NCBI GenBank assembly: GCA_018654255.1
Contig: JABILX010000003.1
Span: 13,030-77,029, forward strand
Length of the DNA: 64,000 nucleotides
Reading direction: 5' to 3'
Source: Candidatus Peregrinibacteria bacterium
Lineage (GTDB): Bacteria; Patescibacteriota; Gracilibacteria; UBA1369; LOWO2-01-FULL-3
Shown: piece by piece, positions 18,754-29,717 of the stretch
Numbering within the stretch: the first letter of the stretch is position 1
How the letters are laid out: every line of letters begins with the position of its first letter
Made by a program: the position numbers and the translations under genes
The notes under the pieces: generated by a model
Seen by the model: the letters and a program-made list of their open reading frames with translations, nothing else
The model's database searches: none
What the model was told of the DNA's origin: nothing

Positions 18754-21700
18754 ATGCCAAAAAACACACTAGACAGCCTATTAAAACTGGAAGCACCCGA
18801 GAATCCCCTTCTAGAAATAATAGAGGATCCAATCGCAGCGATCACGATATCAGATGCCTTAAGAGGTCCTGTTCTTAATTTGCTTAGACAAATAGAAACA
18901 AAAAAATAGAGTTAGGAAGAGCCAAAGAACTAATTAGAAGAAAATTACTAACAATAATCGACCAAGAAGAACTGACAATAACTGACAGACAAAAAGCCCT
19001 GCAAGTAATAGACGAAATAGAAGACTCGCCAGAGCCAGAACCAGAACCAATCCCTGAAGCAGAAGACCCACAAGAGACAGAAGAACCCGCGCCCATACTT
19101 CCAGAACACACAGTAGTTCCACACCCAGTAAAAAAAGAAAGCTCTTTTTTCGACAAACTTATATCTCAAATAACCGAAACTCAAAACCCAAAAGCAAAAG
19201 AAATACTCAGATATTTCAGGGAAGCACCTGCAGGAGAAAAAGTATCAATAGGAAAACTAACAGAGCTCATAGGAGCTTCAGCATCCATCACAGCTTGGCT
19301 AATAATAGAAAAACATCTCACACACTCCCGCCCATTTTTCTTAAAAATCACAGGCAAACGAGGCAAAGGACAAAGACCAGAAATACAATTGGCACACACC
19401 CTAGAACCTCCTCCAAAAAAGGAAATCCCAATTCCAGCAAACGCAGTAAAAGGCCCAATCAGAAGAGGCCACCCACTATACGAAGAATTCCAAACCTTTT
19501 ACCACCACGAGATAACAGCTCCTCTATACAGAGAAATCATGTACTACATGTCAAAATTAGAAAGTGGTAAACATACAACAACAGCAGGCATAGTCGCCAA
19601 CACAAGCGTTCCAAACACAAACACCGCAACAGTCCTGATTAAAACCAAGCTAACAACAACCAAGCCATTCTACATAGAACAAGTGAAAAACCCAGATGGA
19701 TCACACCAAAAATTACTATTCCTATGCCACAAAAACCCTGAAGAAGAGGAAGAAAACATAATCCCAGAAAACATAGCAGAAGGCCCGATAACAAAAGCCC
19801 ATCCACTATCGAAAAACCTAGAAAACTTCTTAAGAAATTCAAAAGGAGGAACACACGAAAGAATTATAAGAATACTGGCCGCATCAGCAAACAAAGTTCC
19901 AACCACAATGATTACAATGGAAACCGCAACAGGAGTTGCCACTCAAACTTTAAAAAACACCCTCGATGACCTAAAAGACACTAGGCCATTCTACATAGCA
20001 ACAAGAAAATACGGAAAAACAACAAGCCTTTACTTATGCTATGAAAAAACCAAAGACGAAGACACAAACCTTCCACCAGAAACACCACCATCAGCAGAGA
20101 AATCCAAGAACCCAATCATAAAAACCGACCCACTAGGTACAAAAAAGTTCTTAGCCCAATGCGCAAACACAAAAGCAACATTCAAAGTAGCGCAACTCAT
20201 TGCAGAAGATATGGAGGTTGGCCAACGCACAACATATGAAATACTCAGCAAGAAAACAGGGCTAACACGAACATACTTAATAAAAATAGCCGAGCAACTC
20301 GAACAAACCCAACCATACAAACTAGAAAAATATTTAGCAGAAAAGGTTACAATACTAAAACTGGCAGCAAACCCCATTGAGAAAGAAGATCCAGAAGAGT
20401 CAGAAATAAGCGAAGAAGAAAAAGAACTGTTTTTGGAATGGAAAACACATCCATCACTAATAGGAAAACCCACTATACAAACACTAATAGACTACTTATC
20501 AAAATACCCAATAGGAAGCCGATTTGAAGAATCAAAACTAGCAGAAATACTAGAAATCAAGATTCTTTCATTCAAAAATCAAGTAGCACCAATACTAGCC
20601 GAAACAGAACCTTTATGCCTAATATTGGTAAAAGGCCAATACCAAGCAAAAAGACCCGAAGACGACGAAACCGGACTAGAATACCAAACACAAGAAGACA
20701 AAATAAGAAGACGACTCGTATTAAAACTACTATCAATATACGGTGAAGAAACTATAAACCCACTACCATTCGAACCAGAAATGAGATCCATAGACGACGA
20801 AACCAGCTCCGGGATAACAGCCCTCGCAATAAAATCCATACTAAAACTTGAGAGAAAATTAAAAGACCAGGAATTTGTAGTAGACCAAATTTGTAGAAGA
20901 ATAGATTTACTTATAGAAAATATTCGCAGCCAATTTAAAGACATGCCAGAAGTAGAAAAAGCTCTAAAGTCTTTAGTAGAAAGAGAACGTCAAACAATGG
21001 AAAGAGAAATAAAATTCAAACTATGGCAGAAATCAGCAAAAGGCCAATCGGCAAAAAAAATAGTAAAAGTATTGTCAGATCGATATTTCCAAATAGGAGA
21101 CGAATTGCTTTTAGAAGACTTGGCAAGACTCGCAAAAGTGGAACCACAAACAGTGAAACAAGCAGTAAGGGGAAGTCTGGCAAACACCACTCCATTAGGC
21201 CTGAAAGAAAAACACGAAAGAACTGGCGTGTTCTCTTATACAATCACTGAAAACGAAACCAAAGAAGCAAACAACGGAATCCCCGAAATCCCAATCTTCC
21301 CAGTAGTAGGCCCTATCCACCCAAGTCACCCATTATACCCAGCACTACAACAAACATTGGAAAACTTAGGAAACGCAGAAAGAATAAAAGAGATCTTGCA
21401 ATTCCTAGCAAACAGATACCCAAATCAAACGGTAACTTACCAAACAGTCGCAGAAAAAACCGACGTCCCAAGCTACAACGTCACCCAAGCTACAATAAAC
21501 ATGCACTTAGATGAAGAAACACAACATCACAAAACAGCCCCATTCACAGTAAAAAAATCTCCACTCCCAGGAGAAAAACGAAAAATACAAATAAAGTTAT
21601 GGTGCCGAGCTCAACTACCAAAACAAAAAGAAAGAATGAGAAAACATCCATCTTGCAATGATTGGATAAGAACACTACACGACCCAACAATGCAGAGACT

Positions 21701-22205
21701 AGCAAGAACACTCGTAGACCTAGGACCAAACGAAATAATTTCAACAGACAAATTAATTAGACAAGCCTTTCAAGGCAAGATAACACCTGACGTAGAAAGC
21801 AAAGCTAGAACAGCCATATCAGGAATGCTGAGAATTTTAACAAATCACCCGGAAATCCAAATAACAAGATACATAAGACAAGGAACAACTTACCTAGGAA
21901 CATCCCTGGCAAGCGCAGACGTAACCGAATGGGCAGCTGCAACTCCAAGAAAAGAAATCGAAAGAAAAATGGTTGAAGCAATCTTAGAAAGATTTTTCAC
22001 CTCAAGATCTCGCCCAATAACTTTCACAAAAAAAGAAGTCAAAAAAATATCAGGACTAAAGTCCGTAAAAGAAATCGAACAATTGATAGAGGTCTTGAAC
22101 AAAGCTCCGAATTTCAAACTGATGCAATCTCCACAGGACAAAAAAGAAGTAATGTTCGTCTCAGCAAAAAGAGAAATCACCGATGACCTCACGACCATTA
22201 ATTAA
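18754..22205 (+). CDS. very large protein of tandem winged-helix-like modules; needs a -1 frameshift at an A7 run
   Basis: The ATG at 18754 opens a 51-codon ORF that ends at TAG 18907, right after AAAAAAA (18900-18906). The -1 frame is open from 18888 and runs into ORF 19389..22205. The 167 codons 18888-19388 contain no ATG/GTG/TTG, yet they encode another copy of the repeated module. Confidence 0.55.
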
Positions 22206-22312
22206 CTCCTCCTCCCCCACTCCCCTCCAACAACCCCTTGACTCCAAGGAGTAAATTGTTGTAAAAATAACTACCGGAACAACACATTAAAACCACGCGC
22301 CACGCGCTCAAA

Positions 22313-23503
22313 ATGAAACGCATCTATCTCGACCACGCAGCAACAACTTACGTAGACCCAAAAGTCTTGGAAGCAATGCTACCCTACTTTACCGACAACT
22401 TCGGTAATCCAAATTCAATCTACACATCAGGCCTAGCATCAAGAAAAGCTATCGAAGACGCCAGAACAACAATCTCAGAAATCTTGAACTGCGAATACGA
22501 CGAGATCATCTTCACAGGAAGCGGAACCGAAAGCGACAATCTCGCAATCTTCGGCACGGTCCAAGCCCTAGCCAAAGACAAAAAGCCAGAAGACCTCCAC
22601 CTCATCACCTCAGCAATCGAACACAACGCAGTACAAGCTCCATTTAAAAAACTTGAAAAAGAAGGATACAAAGTAACTTACATCAAACCTCAACGAAACG
22701 GCCTCATAGATCCAAAAGATTTTGAAGAAGCAATCACAGACAAGACAGCCTTCGCATCAATCATCTACGCAAACAACGAAATCGGCACAATCCAACCAAT
22801 AGCCGAGCTAACACAGATAGCACACCGAAACGATATCATCTTCCACACCGACGCCTGCCAAGCAGCAGGAGCCCTCACAATGGACACACAAGAACTCGAC
22901 GTCAACCTACTCACTCTCAACGCTAGCAAAATCTACGGACCAAAAGGCATCGGAGTCCTGTTCAAAGCATCAAGCATAAAACTCGAACCACAAATCATCG
23001 GCGGTGGCCAAGAATCAAACCTCCGAAGCGGAACCGAAAACGTCCCAGGAATAGTAGGAATGGCAAAAGCCCTCGAACTCGCCCAAGAAACATACAAAGA
23101 AGAATCAGCCAGACTTACCACTCTCCGCAACCACCTCATAGACGGAATAGAAAAACAAATCCCACGAACATACCTCAACGGCGACCGCGACCTCAGACTA
23201 CCAAACAACGCAAACATCCTGATCCTAGACATCGAAGGTGAAGCACTTCTCCTCCACCTCGACGACGCCGGCATCGAAGTCTCAACAGGTTCAGCTTGCG
23301 ACTCGAAATCTCTCGAACCTTCACACGTCCTCACTGCCATCGGCCTTCCAAAAGACGCAGTCCACGGCTCAATCCGCTTCACCCTCGGCAAAAAAACAAC
23401 AAAGGAAGATATCGATTACGTCCTCAAAACTCTCCCAGGAATAGTAGAAAACCTCCGTAAAATATCCCCTGTCAGAATTGACGAAACCAAGCTAGGACTT
23501 TAG
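22313..23503 (+). CDS. cysteine desulfurase (NifS/IscS family)
   Basis: YLDHAATT at the N-terminus, the PLP lysine context LNASKIYGPKGIG, and the catalytic Cys in STGSACDS. Confidence 0.88.
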   Translation: MKRIYLDHAATTYVDPKVLEAMLPYFTDNFGNPNSIYTSGLASRKAIEDARTTISEILNCEYDEIIFTGSGTESDNLAIFGTVQALAKDKKPEDLHLITSAIEHNAVQAPFKKLEKEGYKVTYIKPQRNGLIDPKDFEEAITDKTAFASIIYANNEIGTIQPIAELTQIAHRNDIIFHTDACQAAGALTMDTQELDVNLLTLNASKIYGPKGIGVLFKASSIKLEPQIIGGGQESNLRSGTENVPGIVGMAKALELAQETYKEESARLTTLRNHLIDGIEKQIPRTYLNGDRDLRLPNNANILILDIEGEALLLHLDDAGIEVSTGSACDSKSLEPSHVLTAIGLPKDAVHGSIRFTLGKKTTKEDIDYVLKTLPGIVENLRKISPVRIDETKLGL

Positions 23504-23510
23504 AATCGCC

Positions 23511-24032
23511 ATGAACTTAACCAAATCAATCATGTCAAAACTCCTCTTCATAATAGCCCCAAAAAACTACCAAGACACAGAATACGAAGATCCAAAGAAA
23601 GTCCTCACAAAAAAAGGCCATGAAGTCATCACAACCTCAACAACAGCAATAGCAACAGGCGCTCTAGGCGGAGTAACTCACACAGACCTCTTGATCAACG
23701 AAGCCAAGCCAGAAGATTACGATGCAATAGTCTTCATCGGCGGCGGCGGATGCCAACTCTACTTCGAAAGCCCAACAGCTCACCGCCTCGCACAAGCCTT
23801 CTACGATGCAAACAAAATCACCGCCGCAATCTGCGCAGCACCAATCATCCTCGCAAAAGCAGGCCTCCTCACAAACAAAAAATCAACCTGCTATTCAGGC
23901 GGGGCCGATCAACTCAAACAACTCCAAGCAAATTACACTGGCAAATCCGTAGAAAAAGACGGCCACATCATAACCGCGAACGGCCCATCTTCAGCAAAAA
24001 AATTCGGAAAAGTTATAGCCAAAAATCTTTAA
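23511..24032 (+). CDS. DJ-1/PfpI family protein
   Basis: Nucleophile-elbow context AICAAPIILAKAGLL and about 170 aa in length. Confidence 0.75.
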   Translation: MNLTKSIMSKLLFIIAPKNYQDTEYEDPKKVLTKKGHEVITTSTTAIATGALGGVTHTDLLINEAKPEDYDAIVFIGGGGCQLYFESPTAHRLAQAFYDANKITAAICAAPIILAKAGLLTNKKSTCYSGGADQLKQLQANYTGKSVEKDGHIITANGPSSAKKFGKVIAKNL

Positions 24033-24105
24033 GCACTTGCCGTCAATTTAAAGTGCGTAACATTCACTTGCCCCAGACCCCTCTCATGAATAATATGGGG
24101 AATGC

Positions 24106-24153
24106 ACACAAAATCTTGTGTTTCAACTCAACACTAGGCACAAAATGTAGTCT
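24106..24153 (+). promoter_or_regulatory. pair of NrdR-box-like palindromes upstream of the ribonucleotide reductase gene
   Basis: ACACAAAATCTTGTGT (24106-24121) and GCACAAAATGTAGTCT (24138-24153) are offset by 32 bp, about 80 nt upstream of the RNR start. Confidence 0.45.
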
Positions 24154-24233
24154 TCCCTTCATTTCTGCGAAAATGTCAAATATTACTGGCGTTCGCGGCT
24201 TTTATACCCCAAATATATAACACCCCAGGTCCT

Positions 24234-26537
24234 ATGTCCCCTATCCAAAAAATAAAAAAGAGAGACGGCAGAATTGTCGACTTCGACCAAGAAAAAATCA
24301 CCGAAGCTGTCTGGAAAGCGGCAAGTTCTGTAGGAGGTGAAAACAAACAAGTAGCAGAACAAATCTCAAATCAGATCTCTGCAGTATTGGAAGTCTTCTT
24401 CAAAGACGAATCAGACATTCCAACAGTCGAACAAATCCAAGACTTGGTAGAAAAAATCCTAATCGAAGGAGGCCACGCAAAAACTGCAAAGGCATACATC
24501 ATCTACAGACACAAACAAGCGGACGCACGAGAACAAAAAGAATTAATGTTCGGCAAAGGGGCAGCCGACAAAACATTAAGCTTCTCAAACAATGCACTTC
24601 AAGTGTTAAAACGAAGATACCTACTAAAGGACAACAAAGGAAACCTGAAAGAAACACCAGAAGATCTAGTACGACGTGTAGCGAAATCAATTGCAGAAAC
24701 TGACAACAAATACGAAGGTGAAAATTCTCAAGAAACAGAAGAAAAATTCTACGAAATGATTAAGAATTTAGAATTCATGCCAAATTCTCCTACCCTCATG
24801 AACGCAGGCACAGGGATCGGCCAACTTTCTGCATGTTTCGTAATTCCAGTAGAAGATTCTATGGAAGGAATATTCACAAGCTTGAAGAACGCAGCACTCA
24901 TCCACAAAAGTGGAGGAGGAACTGGATTCTCTTTTGCACGACTACGACCATCAGAAGACATGGTCAGCTCAACGACAGGAGTATCATCAGGCCCAATCTC
25001 ATTCATGAAAGTTTTTGACGCAGCTACAGAAGTAATCAAACAAGGAGGAAAAAGACGAGGAGCAAACATGGGAATCCTCAGAGTTGATCATCCAGATATT
25101 CTAGACTTCATCAACATGAAGTCAGACATGAAAACACTCCAGAACTTCAACATATCAGTAGCTGTCACAAACGCATTCATCCAAGCTCTAGAAAAAGACG
25201 AAGAATACGACCTCAAAAATCCAAGAACAAAAGAAACAATGAAACGACTCCCAGCAAGAATGGTATTCGACTTGATAATTGCCAACGCTTGGAAAAACGG
25301 AGATCCAGGAGTAATTTTCATCGACGAAATCAACCAAAAAAGCCCAGTCAAACATCTCGGAGAAATTGAAGCCACGAACCCATGCGGAGAACAACCACTC
25401 CTCCCATACGAAAGCTGCAACTTAGGCTCAATAAACTTAAACAAAGCAATTTCAATAAGCGGACAAGACCTCGACTGGAACAAACTAGAACAAATCGTAT
25501 TCAGCGCAGTCCATTTCCTCGACAACGTAATAGACGCCAACAACTACCCAATCCCAGAGATAGCAGAAACATCAAGAAAAACCAGAAAAATCGGACTTGG
25601 AGTCATGGGATTCGCAGACATCCTATACAGACTTGGAATCCCATACAACTCAGAAGAAGGAATAAAGATGGGAGAACGAATCATGCGATTCGTAGACGAG
25701 AAATCAAAAGAAAAATCAATCACACTCGCACAAACCAGAGGAACGTTCCCAGCTTGGGAAGGATCTTTCTATCACAAAAACGGAATCAAGATCAGAAATG
25801 CATGTACTACAACCGTAGCTCCAACAGGAACAATCGGAATGCTCGCAGAAGCATCAGGAGGACTTGAACCACACTTCGCCATCTCTTACATCAAGAACGT
25901 AATGGACGGAACAGAGCTCGTATACACAAATAAATTCTTCGAGAAAGTCGCAAAAGACCAAGGATTCTTCTCAAAAGAATTGATGCACGAAATCGCAAAA
26001 GTAGGTTCGATCCAAAATTTCGTTGAAATTCCAGAAGCAGTAAAGAAAGTGTTTGTAGTAGCCCAAGACATCGCTCCAGAATGGCACATCAAGATGCAAG
26101 CCGCTTTCCAAAAACACGTCGACTCAAGCGTATCTAAAACCATCAACTTCCCACACGAAGCCTCAATAAAAGACGTAGAAAAAGCATACCTCCTTGCTCA
26201 CAAACTAAAATGCAAAGGAGTCACAATCTACAGAGACGGAAGCCGAGACAATCAAGTTCTAAACATTGGAAAAGTTAACAAAGCTGAAGTTCCAAAAGAG
26301 ACCTTCACTCCAATCATCGAAGAATCTACTCCAGCAACAACTCCAGAAAGACTCGAAGAAATCGCCCCACCCCCAATCTTCGAATCCGCTAAGTCAACCG
26401 AGCCTCGCGAACACAAACCAATGTCAAAACACGACATTTTACAGAGTAAAAAGTGTCCAGAATGCAAAAGCGACGTCCAAATCGGTGAAGGGTGCATGCT
26501 CTGCCTTTCTTGTGGATTTTCAGCCTGCACAGTCTAA
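24234..26537 (+). CDS. nrdJ: class II (adenosylcobalamin-dependent) ribonucleotide reductase with ATP-cone
   Basis: N-terminal ATP-cone (IKKRDGRIVDFDQEKITEAV), catalytic block NPCGEQPLLPYESCNLGSINL, and a C-terminal zinc ribbon CPECKS...CMLCLSCG. Confidence 0.85.
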   Translation: MSPIQKIKKRDGRIVDFDQEKITEAVWKAASSVGGENKQVAEQISNQISAVLEVFFKDESDIPTVEQIQDLVEKILIEGGHAKTAKAYIIYRHKQADAREQKELMFGKGAADKTLSFSNNALQVLKRRYLLKDNKGNLKETPEDLVRRVAKSIAETDNKYEGENSQETEEKFYEMIKNLEFMPNSPTLMNAGTGIGQLSACFVIPVEDSMEGIFTSLKNAALIHKSGGGTGFSFARLRPSEDMVSSTTGVSSGPISFMKVFDAATEVIKQGGKRRGANMGILRVDHPDILDFINMKSDMKTLQNFNISVAVTNAFIQALEKDEEYDLKNPRTKETMKRLPARMVFDLIIANAWKNGDPGVIFIDEINQKSPVKHLGEIEATNPCGEQPLLPYESCNLGSINLNKAISISGQDLDWNKLEQIVFSAVHFLDNVIDANNYPIPEIAETSRKTRKIGLGVMGFADILYRLGIPYNSEEGIKMGERIMRFVDEKSKEKSITLAQTRGTFPAWEGSFYHKNGIKIRNACTTTVAPTGTIGMLAEASGGLEPHFAISYIKNVMDGTELVYTNKFFEKVAKDQGFFSKELMHEIAKVGSIQNFVEIPEAVKKVFVVAQDIAPEWHIKMQAAFQKHVDSSVSKTINFPHEASIKDVEKAYLLAHKLKCKGVTIYRDGSRDNQVLNIGKVNKAEVPKETFTPIIEESTPATTPERLEEIAPPPIFESAKSTEPREHKPMSKHDILQSKKCPECKSDVQIGEGCMLCLSCGFSACTV

Positions 26538-26632
26538 CCTGTAGAGCAGGTTGACTTTTGGTAAATAAATGATAAAGTTGTCTCTCGCTGCGAATTAAGC
26601 AGCAAAGACACAAAATTTGTTAACCTTAAAAA

Positions 26633-29110
26633 GTGGGCCCAGACATAGCCAGAAATTTGGATGACAACCTAGATCTTGCACAAGAGGAACAAGAGGAACA
26701 AGAAGCTCAAGAGAAGCTTTCCCAAACCCCAAGAAGTTTTGAGGAACAAAAAATCAAAGCCCTAAGCCATGAGGATAGAGAGCGTTTCCGAAGTGGAAAA
26801 GTAGGCCTAGAAGACTTGAAAAAAGAAAGTGAACAGGTCAAAGACCAAGCCACAAACTTGATTGAAATGGCTCGAGGACAAGAAAAAATCACAAAAAAAG
26901 AAGCAAAAGAATACAAAAAACGACTGAACATAAGCCAACGCAAAGGAGAACGCGAACAAATAGTAGAAGACCTCCAAGGAGCGATTGCTCAAATCCAAAC
27001 AACAAGAGACAAAAACGAAGAACTCGAAAAATCCGATCCAGAACTCCAAAGAGCATACGGACAATATGACAGACTAATAAAAGAAAACGCTCATTTATTA
27101 GGATCAAAAGCAGTCGAATCAAACGACCCACAGGAATCATACACAGCCTGGATAAGACAACAGAAACCATCAATAGCTGAAATAGAAAAACTCACTGTCA
27201 AATTCTTCCAATCACAACGCCCACCAAGACTAGCCATATACAACAAACTCAAAGCAAAACTTCCAAAATACGGAATCGCCAAACCAACCGACATTCCATT
27301 CATAGAAAGAGAAGGATTATCTGAAAGAGAACAGTTCTTCGAAAGAATCGAAAGCCTTGAATCAACCATGAACAAGATGGGTGGCCTCAAAGACAAACTC
27401 TACTCAAAGAAAGCTGAAAGAGGAATTATGCAAGACCTCCTCCACGCAACAACCGAACAAGACCAAGACACAATTTTAAACAAAGTAGAAAGAACCCTTC
27501 ACAAAGAAGAAACAAACGGCTACGCAGACCTCGAGACAGCCGCTAGGTCAAACCGCATCAGCCAGAAATCAATGACAAACATCCTCAACTACTACAAGAA
27601 CCTCGCCAACACCAAAGACAGACTAGAAAACTTAAAACTATGGCCAAGCTTCATAGAAAACGAAGCAAAACTAACAGACAACCTAAAAGAAGTCTTCGAC
27701 AAAGCACCAAAAAACGACGAAGGATACAATCTAGCCTTCCAGGCATTCAAACACATGGACTTCGTAGGAAAAGAAAAATTCATCGCAGACCAGAAACAAA
27801 AACGAGAAACCGAAATCAACGAAGAAGAACACAACAAAGAACTAGTACTTTTAGCTTTCAAACAGGAATGCGAAAAAGCACGACAAGAAAACACCTTGTC
27901 AGACAAAACCGCAGAAAATTACGAAAAATGGTTAGACTCTAGGGCAAAAACCGCAACCTTCGCTGAACTAAAAGAATTCCTAGCAGTCTTAACCTCCCCA
28001 ACCGCAAACGAACAACACAAGAACCTCAAAGCATACGAAAAAAGAAAGAAATTATTCAGAACAGACCTAAGAACTCTCCGAGATCTCGACCCAACTATTT
28101 CAGACAAAAAAATAGCCAAGTGGGAAAAAAGATATAACGAAGAAGGTTGGACAAAAAGAAGTAATATCCACGACGAACTAAAAATAGAAATCAACAAAGC
28201 CAAAGAAAACCGAATTGGCGAAAAAGCAAAAAAAGCTGGATTAAAAGTCATCGACGGAGGAAAAGAAACCAAAGAAACCACAGACACTCTATCAACAGAT
28301 AAAAAGATCGCAGTCCAAGCAATCAATCGCCTTTTCGATCTCGAAGCATACGGCGACGCAATGATTATGTGTTGGGAACTTCTCAAACATCACAAAGACG
28401 ACGAAGAAATAAAATCTCTATTCGATAAAATCCAGAAATTCGCAAACTCAGGAGCAAAAAAAGCAAACAAAGCCGAACAACAAGACACGTACGAAAAATA
28501 CCAAACCCTCGCAGACAAAAAAATGACAAACGACACCGAGACAAAAGAAGATTCCGACGAACTTCAAACAAAAGAACAAGCCCTACACTTAACAAAAAAA
28601 GACCAAGAACAAAAGAAGAAAACCTCAGCAAAAGACAGAAACCAAGACGAAGTAATGGAAAAAGTAAAACACGACACAGAACTCGGATCATACGCAGAAG
28701 AATACCTAGAAGGAAGCACAGACGATGAAATTATAGATGCAGACACCCTCAAAGCAACAAACGTAATCAAAGTCGATTTCGACACCGAAGACACAAAACA
28801 AGACAAGAAAACACTGAGAAAACAAGTCCGCAAAGAACGTGAAAAAGCCGGAGAATACCAAGGTTCAACTGTAATAGAATTCGAACAAGGAAAAACCGGA
28901 CGAACCATGGATGCACGCTCAGGAAAAGAAGCGGAAGCTCAATTACAAAAAGAAAAAGAAGTTCTAGCAGCCGAAATGGCCCTAGACATAGCAAGCATAG
29001 TTCACCCAGAAGGTGCCCCAACTCCAGATCAACTAGCAAGAGCAAAAGAAGCTGCCCTTGCAAAATTGAACAAAAAAGCGAAAACTAAGATAGAAAGATC
29101 AACCGAATAA
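26633..29110 (+). CDS. hypothetical Lys/Glu-rich coiled-coil protein
   Basis: 825-aa ORF with a GTG start and a highly charged, low-complexity helical composition. No catalytic motif recognised. Confidence 0.5.
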   Translation: MGPDIARNLDDNLDLAQEEQEEQEAQEKLSQTPRSFEEQKIKALSHEDRERFRSGKVGLEDLKKESEQVKDQATNLIEMARGQEKITKKEAKEYKKRLNISQRKGEREQIVEDLQGAIAQIQTTRDKNEELEKSDPELQRAYGQYDRLIKENAHLLGSKAVESNDPQESYTAWIRQQKPSIAEIEKLTVKFFQSQRPPRLAIYNKLKAKLPKYGIAKPTDIPFIEREGLSEREQFFERIESLESTMNKMGGLKDKLYSKKAERGIMQDLLHATTEQDQDTILNKVERTLHKEETNGYADLETAARSNRISQKSMTNILNYYKNLANTKDRLENLKLWPSFIENEAKLTDNLKEVFDKAPKNDEGYNLAFQAFKHMDFVGKEKFIADQKQKRETEINEEEHNKELVLLAFKQECEKARQENTLSDKTAENYEKWLDSRAKTATFAELKEFLAVLTSPTANEQHKNLKAYEKRKKLFRTDLRTLRDLDPTISDKKIAKWEKRYNEEGWTKRSNIHDELKIEINKAKENRIGEKAKKAGLKVIDGGKETKETTDTLSTDKKIAVQAINRLFDLEAYGDAMIMCWELLKHHKDDEEIKSLFDKIQKFANSGAKKANKAEQQDTYEKYQTLADKKMTNDTETKEDSDELQTKEQALHLTKKDQEQKKKTSAKDRNQDEVMEKVKHDTELGSYAEEYLEGSTDDEIIDADTLKATNVIKVDFDTEDTKQDKKTLRKQVRKEREKAGEYQGSTVIEFEQGKTGRTMDARSGKEAEAQLQKEKEVLAAEMALDIASIVHPEGAPTPDQLARAKEAALAKLNKKAKTKIERSTE

Positions 29111-29111
29111 A

Positions 29112-29717
29112 ATGATTGACCTAGCCTTCGCCATCTTGGTATTCGCAGTTCTAGCTGTGGTAATAATAGTTATATTAGCGCTCTTCACATCCTTCATAGT
29201 CGCAGTTTTTGGCGGCGGCCCTTTTGTCCCAACCCCAACAAAAGAAGTCAAACGCATCCTAAAACACGCAAACATTCGCAAAGGTGACAGACTCTACGAC
29301 ATCGGCGCCGGCGACGGACGCTTCATCCACTACGCAACCAAACTCTACGGAGCAAAAGCAACCGGCTTCGAAATAGACCCATTCGTATACCTACTCGCCC
29401 GCCTCAGACAAATTTTCCTCAAATGGAAAGGAGAAATGGTCCGGGCAGACTTCCAATCACACAGCTTGAAAGACGCAGATATCATAATCTGTTATATGCT
29501 CCCAAACACATTGAAAAAATTCAAAACTAAATTCGAGAAAGAACTTCGTCCAGGCTGCAAAGTAATCTCATACACCTTCAAAGTCGGCAACTGGAAACCA
29601 ATAAAAATCCTCCCAAAAAGCAAAAAACGCCACCAAAAACGCATCTACATCTACAGCGTCCGCGACAACTCAGCAAAAACTCGTACCAAGAAAAAAACAA
29701 TTTCCAAGAGAAAGTAA
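29112..29717 (+). CDS. class I SAM-dependent methyltransferase with N-terminal TM helix
   Basis: Motif I YDIGAGDGRF follows a hydrophobic N-terminus. Its 3' end overlaps the comEC 3' end convergently. Confidence 0.6.
   Translation: MIDLAFAILVFAVLAVVIIVILALFTSFIVAVFGGGPFVPTPTKEVKRILKHANIRKGDRLYDIGAGDGRFIHYATKLYGAKATGFEIDPFVYLLARLRQIFLKWKGEMVRADFQSHSLKDADIIICYMLPNTLKKFKTKFEKELRPGCKVISYTFKVGNWKPIKILPKSKKRHQKRIYIYSVRDNSAKTRTKKKTISKRK

Noticed and set aside
18884-19184. Minus-strand ORFs (18884..19156, 18934..19122, 18948..19184) in the gap before ORF 19389
   Set aside because: The plus-strand -1 frame here encodes a clear additional copy of the repeated module of the large protein. The minus-strand products are low-complexity.
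23750-24220. 156-aa ORF overlapping the DJ-1 gene and the RNR leader
   Set aside because: It is an alternative frame of a well-supported gene. Its product is a basic, low-complexity sequence typical of frame-shifted A/C-rich DNA.
24033-24233. Cobalamin riboswitch upstream of the B12-dependent RNR
   Set aside because: No B12-box-like core (GCCACTG-type) or extended conserved stems are visible. The NrdR-box-like palindromes explain the region better.
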